From Microvirga sp. (GTDB lineage: Bacteria > Pseudomonadota > Alphaproteobacteria > Rhizobiales > Beijerinckiaceae): a stretch of 62,650 nt of DNA. A model generated the notes under the pieces. It saw only the letters and a list, made by a program, of their open reading frames with translations. It had not been told where the DNA came from and made no database searches. Position 1 is the stretch's first letter. Each line of letters starts with the position of its first letter. Shown here one piece after another: positions 47,893 to 59,320 of the stretch. Made by a program: the position numbers and the translations under genes. The DNA is taken from NCBI GenBank assembly GCA_035944695.1, contig DASZBB010000160.1:1-62650 (forward strand), given 5' to 3'.

Positions 47893-47901
47893 GCCGGATC
47901 C

Positions 47902-49689
<1,788 letters not shown>

Positions 49690-49874
49690 GCTCTGCCTTA
49701 ACATGCTCGTGCCGAAGGGCTCGCGGTTAGCACGTGAAGCCCACCGGCGGCAAATCCTGGACAGGGCTGGACCTCGGCCAGCGCCGCTTTGCCGCTTTCG
49801 AGCAGCCGCATCCCTTCTCTCGACACCGGCCCGAATCCATGGCTGCATGACCAGATCGTCAGAGAGGAAACGCC

Positions 49875-50501
49875 ATGACGCTTGAGACTTGGCTCGCCTT
49901 CACGGCCGCCTCCGCCGTGCTGCTCGTCATCCCGGGCCCGACCATCCTGCTGGTCGTGTCCTACGCCCTCGGACAGGGCTGGCGGACCGCCCTGCCCATG
50001 GCCATCGGCGTCGCCCTGGGCGATTTCACCGCCATGACCCTGTCGCTCCTGGGCCTTGGCGCCCTGCTCGCCGCGTCCGCCACCCTGTTCACGGTTCTCA
50101 AATGGATCGGCGCCGCCTATCTGGTCTGGCTCGGCCTCAAGCTCTGGCGGGCCGGCGGAGCCCTCGACGCCAAGCCGCGCACGGATGCGGCGTCCGCGCT
50201 CAAGATGCTGGGCCATGCCTGGCTCGTGACAGCGCTCAATCCAAAGGGCCTGACCTTCTTCATCGCCTTCCTGCCGCAGTTCATAGACCCGAAACTTGCC
50301 CTTCTGCCCCAGGTAAGCGTCTTCGCCGCAACCTTCCTGATCCTCGCTTTCGCGAACGTCCTCACCTACGCCCTCATCGCCTCACGGGCGCGCCGCGTCG
50401 TGCAGAGCCCGCGGACGATGCGCGTGATCAACCGGACCGGCGGCAGCCTCTTGATCGGCGCCGGCGTCGCGACGGTGGCATTGAGAGCGGGGCAGGCCTA
50501 A
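49875..50501 (+). CDS. LysE/RhtB family translocator
   Basis: VIPGPT, LKWIGAAYL and ALNPKG..FF.AFLPQF motifs. Confidence 0.92.
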   Translation: MTLETWLAFTAASAVLLVIPGPTILLVVSYALGQGWRTALPMAIGVALGDFTAMTLSLLGLGALLAASATLFTVLKWIGAAYLVWLGLKLWRAGGALDAKPRTDAASALKMLGHAWLVTALNPKGLTFFIAFLPQFIDPKLALLPQVSVFAATFLILAFANVLTYALIASRARRVVQSPRTMRVINRTGGSLLIGAGVATVALRAGQA

Positions 50502-50514
50502 GGCTCCGCTCGCC

Positions 50515-52911
50515 TCACACGGCCTTCAGGTGCCGAATCGGGCGGCCGGGGGCGATCATCTCGGCGGCGGCGATGATGCCCTGAGCGTCGATGCCGAAAT
50601 GGCGGTAGAGGTCCTTGATCGTGCCGGTCTGGCCGAAATGCTCGACGCCCAGGGAGCGCGTCCGATGGCCCATGACGGAGCCCATCCAGGCCAGCGTCGC
50701 CGGATGGCCGTCGATCACCGTCACCAGGCCGCAATGGGGCGGCACGTCGGCGAGCAGGCGCTCCACGTGGGACCGGGCATGGACAAGGCCGCGCTCCCGG
50801 GCGCGCTGCGCCGCCGTCCATCCGGCATTGAGCCGGTCGGCGGACGTGATGGCGAGCAGCCCGATGTCGCGCCGATCCTCGGCCATGAGCCCAACGGCCT
50901 CGATGGCTTCGGGTGCGACCGCGCCCGTATAGGTGACGACCACCTGGGCGTTCGGACCAGGCCTGCGCAGCCAATAGGCGCCGGCCATCACGTCGTCGGC
51001 GAGGTGCGGGGTCATCTCACGCTGGGGCTGCTCCAGGCTGCGGGTGGACAGACGCAGGTAGACCGATCCGCCGGTCTCGTCGCGCAGCCAGTTTTTCTCG
51101 TCCGCCGCGCCCTCGCCGTCGCGCTGCATGTAGTCGAAGGCCCAGCGCATGATCACGGCAAGCTCGTCCACGAAGGCGGGCTCGAACGAGGCGAGCCCGT
51201 CCTGCGCCATCCCGACGAGGGGCGTGCCGATGGACTGGTGTGCGCCGCCTTCCGGGGCCAGCGTCACGCCCGAGGGCGTGGCGACGATCATGAAGCGGGC
51301 ATCCTGGTAGCAGGCGTAGTTCAGGGCATCGGCGCCGCGATAGATGAACGGATCGTAGAGGGTGCCGATGGGCAGGATCCGCTCGCCGAACAGCGAATGC
51401 GAGAGCCCGAGCGCCGAGAGCACGATGAACAGGTTCATCTCCGCGATGCCGAGCTCGATATGCTGGCCTCCGGGCGAGAATTCCCAGTTGTAGGTCGACG
51501 GAATCCGCTCCTTCTTGAAGGTGTCGACGAGACTCTCGCGGGCATAGAGCCCGCGCCGGTTCACCCAGGCACCGAGATTGGTCGAGACCGTCACGTCCGG
51601 GGCCGTGGTGACGATGCGCGAGGCGAGCGCATGGTCGGATCGGGCGAGCTCGTTGAGGATGAAGCCGAAGCCCTGCTGGGTCGACATGGCGGGATTGGCC
51701 GGGAAGGCGAGTTTGTCCGGCACCGGCACCTGCGGGGCTGCGTAGCGCCGGGTGCCCTTCTGGACGAAGGGCACCTCGGCCAGGAAGCGCTCGATCTCGG
51801 CCTGCGGGATCTTGAGTCCCTCGAACTTGTCCCATTCGTGCCCTGCGCGCACATCTTGGGTCTTCTGCCAGGCCTCCATCTGGGAGGGCGTCAGAAGGCC
51901 GGAATGGTTGTCCTTGTGGCCCGCAAGCGGCAGCCCGAAACCCTTGATCGTATAGGCCAGGAAGCAGACCGGCCGGTCGTGTCGGCGGGCCTTCTCGAAG
52001 GCGTCGAGCAGGCTCGGCAGGTCATGCCCGCCGAGGTTGGACATGAGCTGCGCCAGCTCCTCGTCCGAGCGCTTCTCGATGAGGCGGGTGACCGCCCCCT
52101 GGTCGCCGAGGTCGTCGAGGAGGCGCTTGCGCCAGGCAGCTCCGCCCTGGAACGTCAGGGCCGAATAGAGCTGGTTAGGGCAGGAATCGATCCAGTCCCG
52201 CAGGCGCTCGCCGCCTGGCTCCCTGAACGCCTCCTGCATGAGTGAGCCGTGCTTGAGGATCACCACGTCCCAGCCGAAATTGCGGAACAGGGCCTCGAAG
52301 CGCTCCCACAATCCCTCGCGGATGACCGCATCGAGGCTCTGGCGATTGTAGTCGATGATCCACCAGGTGTTGCGGATGCCGTGCTTCCAGCCCTCCAGCA
52401 GCGCCTCGAAGATGTTGCCCTCATCCATCTCCGCATCGCCGACGAGGGAGATCATGCGGCCCTCGGGCAGGTCCTTGGCCCAGCCATGGGCCTTCACGTA
52501 ATCCTGCACCAGGCTGGCAAAGAGGGTCTGCGCGACGCCTAAGCCCACCGACCCGGTGGAGAAGTCCACGTCGTCGACGTCCTTGGTGCGGGACGGATAG
52601 GATTGCGCGCCCTTGTAGCCGCGGAAATTCTCCAGCTTCTCGCGGGTCTGGCGGCCGAAGAGGTACTGGATGGCGTGGTAGATCGGGCTGGCATGGGGCT
52701 TCACCGCCACCCGATCCTCCGGCCGCAGCACGGAGAAGTAGAGCGCCGTCAGGATGGTCGAGAGGGAGGCCGAGGAGGCCTGATGGCCGCCGATCTTGAG
52801 CCCGTCCTCGTTGGCGCGCCGGTGATTGGCGTTGTGGATCGTCCAGGTGGAGAGCCAGAGCACCTTGCGCTCGAGTTCCTTCAAGATGCTCAGGTGCCGC
52901 GCGTCCGCCAT
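50515..52911 (-). CDS. AceE-type 2-oxoacid dehydrogenase E1 / transketolase-like TPP enzyme
   Basis: From MADARH: GGHQASSAS, QSYPS, STGSVGLG, GDAEMDEG...NRQSLD (TPP-binding), ELGIAEMN and EGGAHQS motifs. Confidence 0.88.
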   Translation of the reverse strand: MADARHLSILKELERKVLWLSTWTIHNANHRRANEDGLKIGGHQASSASLSTILTALYFSVLRPEDRVAVKPHASPIYHAIQYLFGRQTREKLENFRGYKGAQSYPSRTKDVDDVDFSTGSVGLGVAQTLFASLVQDYVKAHGWAKDLPEGRMISLVGDAEMDEGNIFEALLEGWKHGIRNTWWIIDYNRQSLDAVIREGLWERFEALFRNFGWDVVILKHGSLMQEAFREPGGERLRDWIDSCPNQLYSALTFQGGAAWRKRLLDDLGDQGAVTRLIEKRSDEELAQLMSNLGGHDLPSLLDAFEKARRHDRPVCFLAYTIKGFGLPLAGHKDNHSGLLTPSQMEAWQKTQDVRAGHEWDKFEGLKIPQAEIERFLAEVPFVQKGTRRYAAPQVPVPDKLAFPANPAMSTQQGFGFILNELARSDHALASRIVTTAPDVTVSTNLGAWVNRRGLYARESLVDTFKKERIPSTYNWEFSPGGQHIELGIAEMNLFIVLSALGLSHSLFGERILPIGTLYDPFIYRGADALNYACYQDARFMIVATPSGVTLAPEGGAHQSIGTPLVGMAQDGLASFEPAFVDELAVIMRWAFDYMQRDGEGAADEKNWLRDETGGSVYLRLSTRSLEQPQREMTPHLADDVMAGAYWLRRPGPNAQVVVTYTGAVAPEAIEAVGLMAEDRRDIGLLAITSADRLNAGWTAAQRARERGLVHARSHVERLLADVPPHCGLVTVIDGHPATLAWMGSVMGHRTRSLGVEHFGQTGTIKDLYRHFGIDAQGIIAAAEMIAPGRPIRHLKAV

Positions 52912-53006
52912 GTGGTCTCTCCCGTTTGGCCGAGATATACGCCCGAAGCCTCTGGGAGGCGAGGCCCAAGCCGGCGGCATCGGATTGGCTTTTGGGAGGG
53001 GCCTGG

Positions 53007-53037
53007 AAAACGAAAAGCCCGCCGGGGGCGAGCCTTC
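53007..53037 (-). terminator. Rho-independent terminator after tRNA-Gly
   Basis: Minus strand AAGGCTCGCC-loop-GGCGGGCTTTTCGTTTT. Confidence 0.75.
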
Positions 53038-53063
53038 GTGACACTCTCTCGGTCGAGAGAAAT

Positions 53064-53138
53064 TGGAGCGGGCGAAGGGATTCGAACCCTCGACCCCAAC
53101 CTTGGCAAGGTTGTGCTCTACCCCTGAGCTACACCCGC
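53064..53138 (-). tRNA. tRNA-Gly (GCC)
   Basis: GCGGGTGTAGCTCAGGGGTAGAGCACAACCTTGCCAAGGTTGGGGTCGAGGGTTCGAATCCCTTCGCCCGCTCCA; cloverleaf, anticodon GCC, encoded CCA. Confidence 0.98.
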
Positions 53139-53255
53139 GCTCCGCGACGCCAGGGCGTCGTTGCGAGGCCGTTGATGTGCCCCAAAACGCCGCGCAATGC
53201 AAGAGGGTCCCCCAGATCTTTTCCGGCGAACCCTTGAGCCTGCTTCATCCGGTCG

Positions 53256-53372
53256 CTAGAGCATCAGACCCAAAAGTGGATCCCACTTTTGGGATCCATC
53301 CGATGCTCCGCTCTTTGATGCGCATCGGTCGGCACGGAAAAACCGGGTCCACATTTCCGTCCGATGCGCTAG
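53256..53372. repeat. RIME/Bru-RS-like MITE-type repeat, full copy (family B)
   Basis: Terminal inverted repeats CTAGAGCATC/GATGCGCTAG enclosing two hairpins (CCCAAAAGTGGATCCCACTTTTGGG and GGAAAAACCGGGTCCACATTTCC). Confidence 0.82.
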
Positions 53373-53400
53373 AAAGCCGGCCGACTCGGAGGTTGCAAGC

Positions 53401-53928
53401 TTGGCCCATCTGTCCCCGCAGGAACTCCTGGATCGCTTGTCCGCTCTCGGCATCACGACCGAGACGGTCGAGCACGAGCCCGTCTTCACGGTGGCGGAAT
53501 CGCAGCACGTCAAGGAGCGGATCCCGGGAGCTCATTCCAAGAACCTGTTCGTAAAGGACAAGAAGGGCCGCTTCTTCCTGATTTCCGCCAAGCACGACAC
53601 CGCCATCGACCTCAAGCGGACACACGAGGCCATCGGCGCCTCCGGCCGCCTCTCCTTCGGGTCCGCCGAGCAGCTGCGCGCCCTGCTCGGGGTCGAGCCT
53701 GGTTCGGTCACCGCCTTCGCCGTGGTGAACGATACGGCAGGCAAGGTCACGATGGTGCTCGACGCCAATCTCATGGAGCATGAACGGGTGAATTTTCACC
53801 CTCTGGTCAATTCCATGACCACCGGGGTGTCGCGGGAGGATCTGGTGGCGTTCCTGCGGGCCACGGGCCACGATCCGCTGATTCTGCGCCTGCCGGAACC
53901 GCCCGTGGAATTGCCAGACGGCCTCTAA
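53401..53928 (+). CDS. Prolyl-tRNA editing domain protein (ProXp-ala/PrdX, YbaK superfamily)
   Basis: HEPVFTV, HSKNLF, LGVEPGSVT and NFHPLVN motifs. Confidence 0.9.
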   Translation: MAHLSPQELLDRLSALGITTETVEHEPVFTVAESQHVKERIPGAHSKNLFVKDKKGRFFLISAKHDTAIDLKRTHEAIGASGRLSFGSAEQLRALLGVEPGSVTAFAVVNDTAGKVTMVLDANLMEHERVNFHPLVNSMTTGVSREDLVAFLRATGHDPLILRLPEPPVELPDGL

Positions 53929-53938
53929 GCGCCCATCT
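53910..53938 (+). promoter_or_regulatory. Putative RpoH promoter of the cnoX-LON-Trm112 operon
   Basis: ATTG-N18-CCCATCT. Confidence 0.55.
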
Positions 53939-53980
53939 ATGAAGCGTTCTTCTCACGACATCCCACCCTTCGAGGATCGC

Positions 53981-54877
53981 ATGCTGTCCGACACCCCCCT
54001 TCCCTCCGACGATCTCGTGAAGGACACCACCACGGCGAGCTTCCGCCAGGACGTGCTCGCCGAATCCATGCAACAGCCCGTGCTCGTGGATTTCTGGGCT
54101 CCTTGGTGCGGTCCGTGCAAGCAGCTCACCCCCATCCTCGAGAAGGCCGTGCGCGCCGCCGGCGGCAAGGTGAAGCTCGTGAAGATGAACATCGACGAGC
54201 ACCCGCAGGTCGCGGGTCAGCTCGGCGTGCAGTCGATTCCCGCCGTGTTCGCCTTCCAGCGCGGTCAGCCGGTGGATGGCTTCATGGGTGCCCTCCCGGA
54301 AAGCCAGATCAAGAGCTTCATCGAGCGCCTCGTCGGGCCGCTCGGCCCCAGCGCGGCCGAGGAGATCCTGGCCGAGGCCGACCGCCTGGTCGCCGAGGGC
54401 GATATCGGCGGCGCGGCTGAGCTCTACTCGGCCGTCCTTGCCCAGGATCCGGAGAACGTCGCGGCGCTGGCCGCGCTCGTGAAGCTGCATGTGGAAGTGA
54501 GCGACCTGGAGGGCGCCAAGCGCTTCCTCGCCATGGCGCCACAGGCGAAGGCCAACGATCCGGCCATCGCCGGCGCGCGGGCGGCGATCGAACTCGCCGA
54601 GCAGGCGGGCTCTCTCGGCGACTTGGCGGATCTCCAGCGCCGGGTCGAGGCCGACCCCATGGACCACCAGGCGCGCTTCGATCTGGCCGTGGGCCTGAAC
54701 GCCCGCGGGCGGCGCGAAGAAGCTGCCAATCACCTCCTTGAAATCGTCCGCCGCGACCGCAATTGGAACGATGACGGTGCACGCAAGCAGCTCGTCCAGT
54801 TCTTCGAGGCCTGGGGCCCGATGGACCCGATGACGCTGACAGGACGGCGGAGGCTCTCCTCGCTCCTGTTCTCGTGA
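53981..54877 (+). CDS. cnoX: Thioredoxin-TPR chaperedoxin (YbbN/CnoX)
   Basis: DFWAPWCGPCK thioredoxin domain, TPR region, C-terminal RRRLSSLLFS. Confidence 0.88.
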   Translation: MLSDTPLPSDDLVKDTTTASFRQDVLAESMQQPVLVDFWAPWCGPCKQLTPILEKAVRAAGGKVKLVKMNIDEHPQVAGQLGVQSIPAVFAFQRGQPVDGFMGALPESQIKSFIERLVGPLGPSAAEEILAEADRLVAEGDIGGAAELYSAVLAQDPENVAALAALVKLHVEVSDLEGAKRFLAMAPQAKANDPAIAGARAAIELAEQAGSLGDLADLQRRVEADPMDHQARFDLAVGLNARGRREEAANHLLEIVRRDRNWNDDGARKQLVQFFEAWGPMDPMTLTGRRRLSSLLFS

Positions 54878-54901
54878 CGCCGAACGGTTTGGGAGATCGG
54901 A

Positions 54902-55573
54902 ATGGGAATGAACGCGGTATACCGAGGGCCGGAGGATTGCCCGTCGGTCATCCCCGTTTTCCCACTGCCGGGCGCCCTGCTCCTGCCCCGCGGACAGATG
55001 CCGCTCAACATCTTCGAGCCGCGTTACTTGGCGATGGTGGACGAGGCGCTGAGGACGGACCGCATCATCGGCATGGTGCAGCCCGACGCGGACAACGATC
55101 CCCTTGCAAGCGTGCCGAGACTCTACCGGGTCGGCTGCGCCGGGCGCATCACGCAGCTCGCCGAGACCGGGGACGGGCGGTATCTCATCACGCTGATCGG
55201 GATCGCACGCTTCCGCATCGAGGAGGAACTGCCGCCGATTGATCTGTTCCGCCGGTGCCAGGTGACGTTCGAGCCGTTCGCCGACGATTTCACCGCCCGC
55301 GCCGGGGAGAACGACGTGGACCGCGCCGGCGTGGTGAAGGCGCTGCGCGACTTCGTCAACGCGGTGCACGTGAAGGTCGACTGGCGGGGCATCGAGGAGG
55401 CTCCCAACGAAGCCCTCGTCAATGCTCTATGCATGATGAGCCCCTTCGGGGTGCGCGAGAAGCAGGCGCTGCTCGAGGCGCCGAACCTGAAAAGCCGGGC
55501 GGAAGTGCTCATCGCGCTCACCGAGATCGAGCTCGCCCGCGGCGGCGCCGGCTCCGACTCGACCCTGCAATAG
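54902..55573 (+). CDS. LON peptidase substrate-binding domain protein
   Basis: [26 protein letters not shown] and EKQALLEA motifs. Confidence 0.92.
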   Translation: MGMNAVYRGPEDCPSVIPVFPLPGALLLPRGQMPLNIFEPRYLAMVDEALRTDRIIGMVQPDADNDPLASVPRLYRVGCAGRITQLAETGDGRYLITLIGIARFRIEEELPPIDLFRRCQVTFEPFADDFTARAGENDVDRAGVVKALRDFVNAVHVKVDWRGIEEAPNEALVNALCMMSPFGVREKQALLEAPNLKSRAEVLIALTEIELARGGAGSDSTLQ

Positions 55574-55598
55574 GCGATTGTACTTAGGGATGATCACG

Positions 55599-55820
55599 AT
55601 GGTTCCGGACACTCCTCAGGCCGAGGCGCCCCAGCCCGTCGAGGCGACGCGGATCGATCCCAAGCTCCTGGAGCTTCTCGTCTGCCCGCTCACCAAGGAA
55701 ACCCTCGAATACGATGCGGCCCGGCAGGAGCTGATCAGCCGCCGCGCCAGGCTCGCCTACCCGATCCGCGACGGCATCCCGATCATGCTGCCGGAAGAGG
55801 CGAGGCAACTGACGGATTGA
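55599..55820 (+). CDS. Trm112/YcaR family protein
   Basis: [11 protein letters not shown]...[12 protein letters not shown] motif; start codon uncertain. Confidence 0.92.
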   Translation: MVPDTPQAEAPQPVEATRIDPKLLELLVCPLTKETLEYDAARQELISRRARLAYPIRDGIPIMLPEEARQLTD

Positions 55821-55842
55821 GGAAAGGTCGGCACTCTGCCTC

Positions 55843-55870
55843 CTGTCATTCCGCGGCCGCGGAATGACAG
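55843..55870. repeat. Perfect 28-bp palindrome (collapsed REP-like remnant)
   Basis: CTGTCATTCCGCGG|CCGCGGAATGACAG between convergent genes; GTCAT...ATGAC ends as in REP family A. Confidence 0.7.
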
Positions 55871-55875
55871 TGTGG

Positions 55876-56757
55876 TTACGCGTCCGCCCTTATCGCCTCC
55901 GCCAGCGCCAATGTGCGCTTCGCCATCTCGGCATGCAACCGCTCGACCATGCGGCCGTTGAGGCTGATGGCGCCCTTGCCGGCATTCTCCGGATGCTCGA
56001 AGGCCGCCACGATGGCCCGGGCGCTCTCGATCTCGTCCGGCGACGGCGCGAAGATCTCGTTGGCGGCTGCGATCTGATCGGGATGGATCAGCGTCTTGCC
56101 GTCGAAGCCGCAATCGCGGCCCTGCTCGCATTCCGTGCGAAATCCCTCCCGATCGGACAGGCCGTTGTACACGCCGTCGAGAATGTCGACGCCATGCGCC
56201 CGCGCGGCAGCAAGCGCCGTCATCAGCCAGGGCAGCATCGCGGCACGTCCGGGCAGCAGGCGGGCGCGGGTGTCCTTGGCAAGGTCGTTGGTGCCCATGA
56301 CGAAGCAGGCAAGCCGCGTGTCGACGTCGTGCGCCGCGCTGGCGATGGATTCCGCCCGGAGGATTGCGAGCGGCGTCTCGATCATCGCCCAGACCTTGGT
56401 GCGCTCCGCGGCGCCGAGCTTGCGCAGACGCAGGCCCACTGCGGCAAGCGTCTCGGCCGAGGACACCTTCGGCACGAGGATCGCGTCGGGGGTTGCCGCG
56501 ATGGCGGACGCAAGATCCGCCTCGCCCCAGGGGGTGTCGAGCGCGTTGATGCGAATCACCAGCTCCCGCCGGCCGTAACCTCCCGCCTGCACGGCGGCGC
56601 AGACCTGTTCGCGCGCCTGCGCCTTCACGTCGGGCGCGACCGCGTCCTCCAGGTCGAAGATCACCACGTCGGCGGCCAGCGTCCTGGCCTTTTCGATCGC
56701 GCGGGCGTTCGAACCGGGCATGTAGAGGGCGCTGCGGCGCGGGCGAATCGGGATCAT
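55876..56757 (-). CDS. CitE/malyl-CoA lyase-family CoA ester lyase or thioesterase
   Basis: RRSALYMPG, DLEDAV, MIETP, GTNDL and GFDGKTLIHP.Q motifs. Confidence 0.9.
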   Translation of the reverse strand: MIPIRPRRSALYMPGSNARAIEKARTLAADVVIFDLEDAVAPDVKAQAREQVCAAVQAGGYGRRELVIRINALDTPWGEADLASAIAATPDAILVPKVSSAETLAAVGLRLRKLGAAERTKVWAMIETPLAILRAESIASAAHDVDTRLACFVMGTNDLAKDTRARLLPGRAAMLPWLMTALAAARAHGVDILDGVYNGLSDREGFRTECEQGRDCGFDGKTLIHPDQIAAANEIFAPSPDEIESARAIVAAFEHPENAGKGAISLNGRMVERLHAEMAKRTLALAEAIRADA

Positions 56758-56824
56758 GGTTTTTCCTCATGCGGCCGATCGGTTCTAATGCTCCCGCAAG
56801 CGTCAGCAAAGGAGAAGCCGAGGG

Positions 56825-57562
56825 ATGTGGGTGGCGGGAGTCGATGGCTGCCGGGTCGGGTGGATTGCGGTGCTCATGCGAACGGACGATCCGGGGGCCT
56901 CTCGCATCATGACGGTCCCACGTTTCCAGGCCGTCGCCGATGCGCCTGAGCAGCCTGCGGTGATCGCCGTGGACATGCCCATCGGCCTGCCGGAGCGGAC
57001 CGAGGGATCGGGCCGCCGGCCGGAGCAGCTGATTCGCCCCCTTCTCGGCGAACGGCAATCCTCCGTCTTTGCCATTCCGTCGCGTCGCGCCGTGGAGGCC
57101 ATCGACTACGCCGACGCCTGCGCGATTGCGGCCGCGACCTCCGACCCTTCGCGAAAGGTGTCCCGGCAGGGTTTTGGCATCTTCCCGAAGATCCGCGAGA
57201 TCGATGCGCTGCTGCGCGCTCGGCCCGACCTGGTGCCGCGCGTCCACGAGGTGCATCCCGAACTCGCCTTCTGGGCCCTGAACGGCCGGCAGGCTCTCGA
57301 CCAGCCGAAGAAGGTGAAGGGCACACCCTACGGACCCGGCATGGCGCTTCGTCGCGAACTTCTCGAGCGATCCGGGCATCTTCCCAACGGCCTGATCCAT
57401 GCGCCGCCGCCGTGCGGGGCGGCCCAGGACGACCTGCTCGATGCACTGGCGGGGTTGACCGTGGCGCTGGATCTCGCGAGAGGTGGAGGGCAATCCTTTC
57501 CCGACCCGCCCGGCCGTGACGCCCACGGCCTTCCGGTCGCCATCTGGACGCTCCGCAGGTAG
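56825..57562 (+). CDS. DUF429 (predicted RNase H-fold nuclease)
   Basis: GVDGCRVGW, VDMPIGL, EVHPE and DDLLDA motifs. Confidence 0.88.
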   Translation: MWVAGVDGCRVGWIAVLMRTDDPGASRIMTVPRFQAVADAPEQPAVIAVDMPIGLPERTEGSGRRPEQLIRPLLGERQSSVFAIPSRRAVEAIDYADACAIAAATSDPSRKVSRQGFGIFPKIREIDALLRARPDLVPRVHEVHPELAFWALNGRQALDQPKKVKGTPYGPGMALRRELLERSGHLPNGLIHAPPPCGAAQDDLLDALAGLTVALDLARGGGQSFPDPPGRDAHGLPVAIWTLRR

Positions 57563-57576
57563 CCCAAGGTTCAGCC

Positions 57577-58518
57577 ATGATCATCACCCGCGCCGACATC
57601 GAAGCGGCCCGCGCCCGCATCGCCCCCCATATCCGCCGCACGCCGGTTCTGAACGTGGAAGACGCCTTCGGCCATGACGGGCCGGTGAGTCTGAAGCTGG
57701 AATTCCTGCAACATGCGGGCTCGTTCAAGACCCGGGGTGCCTTCAACACCCTCCTGTCGAAGGAGGTTCCGGCCGCGGGTGTTGCGGCGGCATCCGGCGG
57801 CAATCACGGGGCGGCCGTGGCCTATGCGGCCAAGCAGCTCGGCGTGAGAGCGCGCATCTTCGTGCCGGAGATCTCGAGCCCCGCCAAGATCGCCGTCATC
57901 CGCTCGCATGGGGCCGAGGTGGTGATCGGCGGCGCACGCTATGCGGATGCCCAAGCGGCCTGCGATCTTTATGTGGCCGAGAGCGGCGCCCTGCGCGTTC
58001 ATCCTTTCGCGGCCGAGAGCACCGTGATCGGCCAGGGCACGGCGGCCTTCGAATGGGAGCAGGACGCGCCTGCCCTCGATACCGTCCTCGTTGCGGTGGG
58101 CGGCGGCGGCCTCATCAGCGGCGTGGCGAGCTGGTGGGCGGGCCGGGTGAAGGTGGTGGGCGTCGAGCCGGAAGGATCGCGGGCGCTTCATGCGGCGCTC
58201 GAAGCGGGACGCCCCGTCGATGTGGACGTGGATTCGGTGGCGGCCGATTCGCTCGGCGCGAAGAACACCGGCGATCTCGTCTATTCGATCTGCCGCGAGA
58301 CCGTCGATCACGTGGCGCTCGTGCCGGATCCTGCGATCCGTGATGCGCAGCGGCTGCTCTGGCGCGACTACCGCATCGCCTCCGAACCCGGCGGCGCGGC
58401 GGCACTGGCGGCCCTCGTCTCGGGCGCCTATAAACCCCGCTCGGGCGAGCGCGTCGGCGTGCTGCTCTGCGGCGCCAATGTCGAACTCGCCAAACTGACC
58501 GAGATCACCCACCCGTAA
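57577..58518 (+). CDS. PLP-dependent threonine/serine dehydratase
   Basis: LKLE..Q..GSFKTRGA, SGGNHG, VGGGGL and CGAN motifs. Confidence 0.9.
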   Translation: MIITRADIEAARARIAPHIRRTPVLNVEDAFGHDGPVSLKLEFLQHAGSFKTRGAFNTLLSKEVPAAGVAAASGGNHGAAVAYAAKQLGVRARIFVPEISSPAKIAVIRSHGAEVVIGGARYADAQAACDLYVAESGALRVHPFAAESTVIGQGTAAFEWEQDAPALDTVLVAVGGGGLISGVASWWAGRVKVVGVEPEGSRALHAALEAGRPVDVDVDSVAADSLGAKNTGDLVYSICRETVDHVALVPDPAIRDAQRLLWRDYRIASEPGGAAALAALVSGAYKPRSGERVGVLLCGANVELAKLTEITHP

Positions 58519-58531
58519 TGGAAGGACGCCC

Positions 58532-59206
58532 ATGTTCCCGCAACGTCTGACCGAAGGCTACCGCGCATTCCTCGACGACCGCTTCCCGCGCGAGAAGAAC
58601 CGCTTCGAGACCCTCGCCGAGAAGGGCCAATCGCCGGAAGTGATGGTGATCGGCTGCTGCGACAGCCGCGTCTCGCCGGAGGTGATCTTCGACGCGAATC
58701 CCGGCGAATTGTTCGTGGTGCGCAACGTGGCGAACCTGGTGCCGCCCTTCGAGACCGGCGGCGATTACCACGGCACCTCGGCGGCGCTCGAATTCGCCGT
58801 GCAGGCCCTGCGCGTGAAGCATATCGTGGTCCTGGGCCATGCCCGCTGCGGCGGCATCCGGGCCTTCGCGGACGACACGGCGCCCCTCTCGCCGGGTGAT
58901 TTCATCGGCCGCTGGATGACCCTGATCAAGCCCGCGGGCGAGCGCCTGGGACCGCATCACGGCAACCTGGACGAGTACCTGCCGCGCCTCGAGCTCGCGG
59001 CGATCGAGAACAGCCTCCAGAACCTGATGACGTTCCCCTGCGTCCGCATCCTGGTGGAGCGCGGCAAGCTGCAGTTGCATGGCGCCTATTTCGGCGTCGC
59101 CACAGGCGTGCTGCTCGTGCGCGATCCGGACACAGGGGAGTTCAGGCCGGCGGTCGAGGACATGCCCGAGAGGGTCTCCCTGTTCAGCGCCCGCAGCGCC
59201 GACTAG
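58532..59206 (+). CDS. Beta-class carbonic anhydrase
   Basis: GCCDSRV, FVVRNVANLV and GHARCGG zinc-ligand motifs. Confidence 0.95.
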   Translation: MFPQRLTEGYRAFLDDRFPREKNRFETLAEKGQSPEVMVIGCCDSRVSPEVIFDANPGELFVVRNVANLVPPFETGGDYHGTSAALEFAVQALRVKHIVVLGHARCGGIRAFADDTAPLSPGDFIGRWMTLIKPAGERLGPHHGNLDEYLPRLELAAIENSLQNLMTFPCVRILVERGKLQLHGAYFGVATGVLLVRDPDTGEFRPAVEDMPERVSLFSARSAD

Positions 59207-59268
59207 CCGGTGGCGCTTCTGGAGTCCAGAAGCTTAACCATTCGGTTTATTCCTAGACTGTTTAGAGA

Positions 59269-59299
59269 TTGACGGCCCTGGGACATGTAATAACATGTC
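59269..59299 (+). promoter_or_regulatory. Sigma70-type promoter overlapped by a Zur-type palindrome
   Basis: TTGACG (59269) N16 TAACAT (59291); GACATGTAATAACATGTC at 59282-59299, 16 of 18 positions palindromic. Confidence 0.65.
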
Positions 59300-59320
59300 T
59301 AAATCCTTCGGGGGGCCGTC

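Noticed and set aside
53064-53138. tRNA-Gly as a genomic island attachment site
   Set aside because: No integrase, no duplicated tRNA 3' end noticed, and flanking genes have host-like composition.
52912-53202. N-terminal extension of the AceE-like ORF
   Set aside because: It runs through tRNA-Gly and its terminator; the real start is MADARH at 52911 with a GGGAGAG RBS.
56825-57562. DUF429 nuclease as part of a defence system
   Set aside because: Stand-alone among housekeeping genes with host-like codon usage; no partner defence genes.
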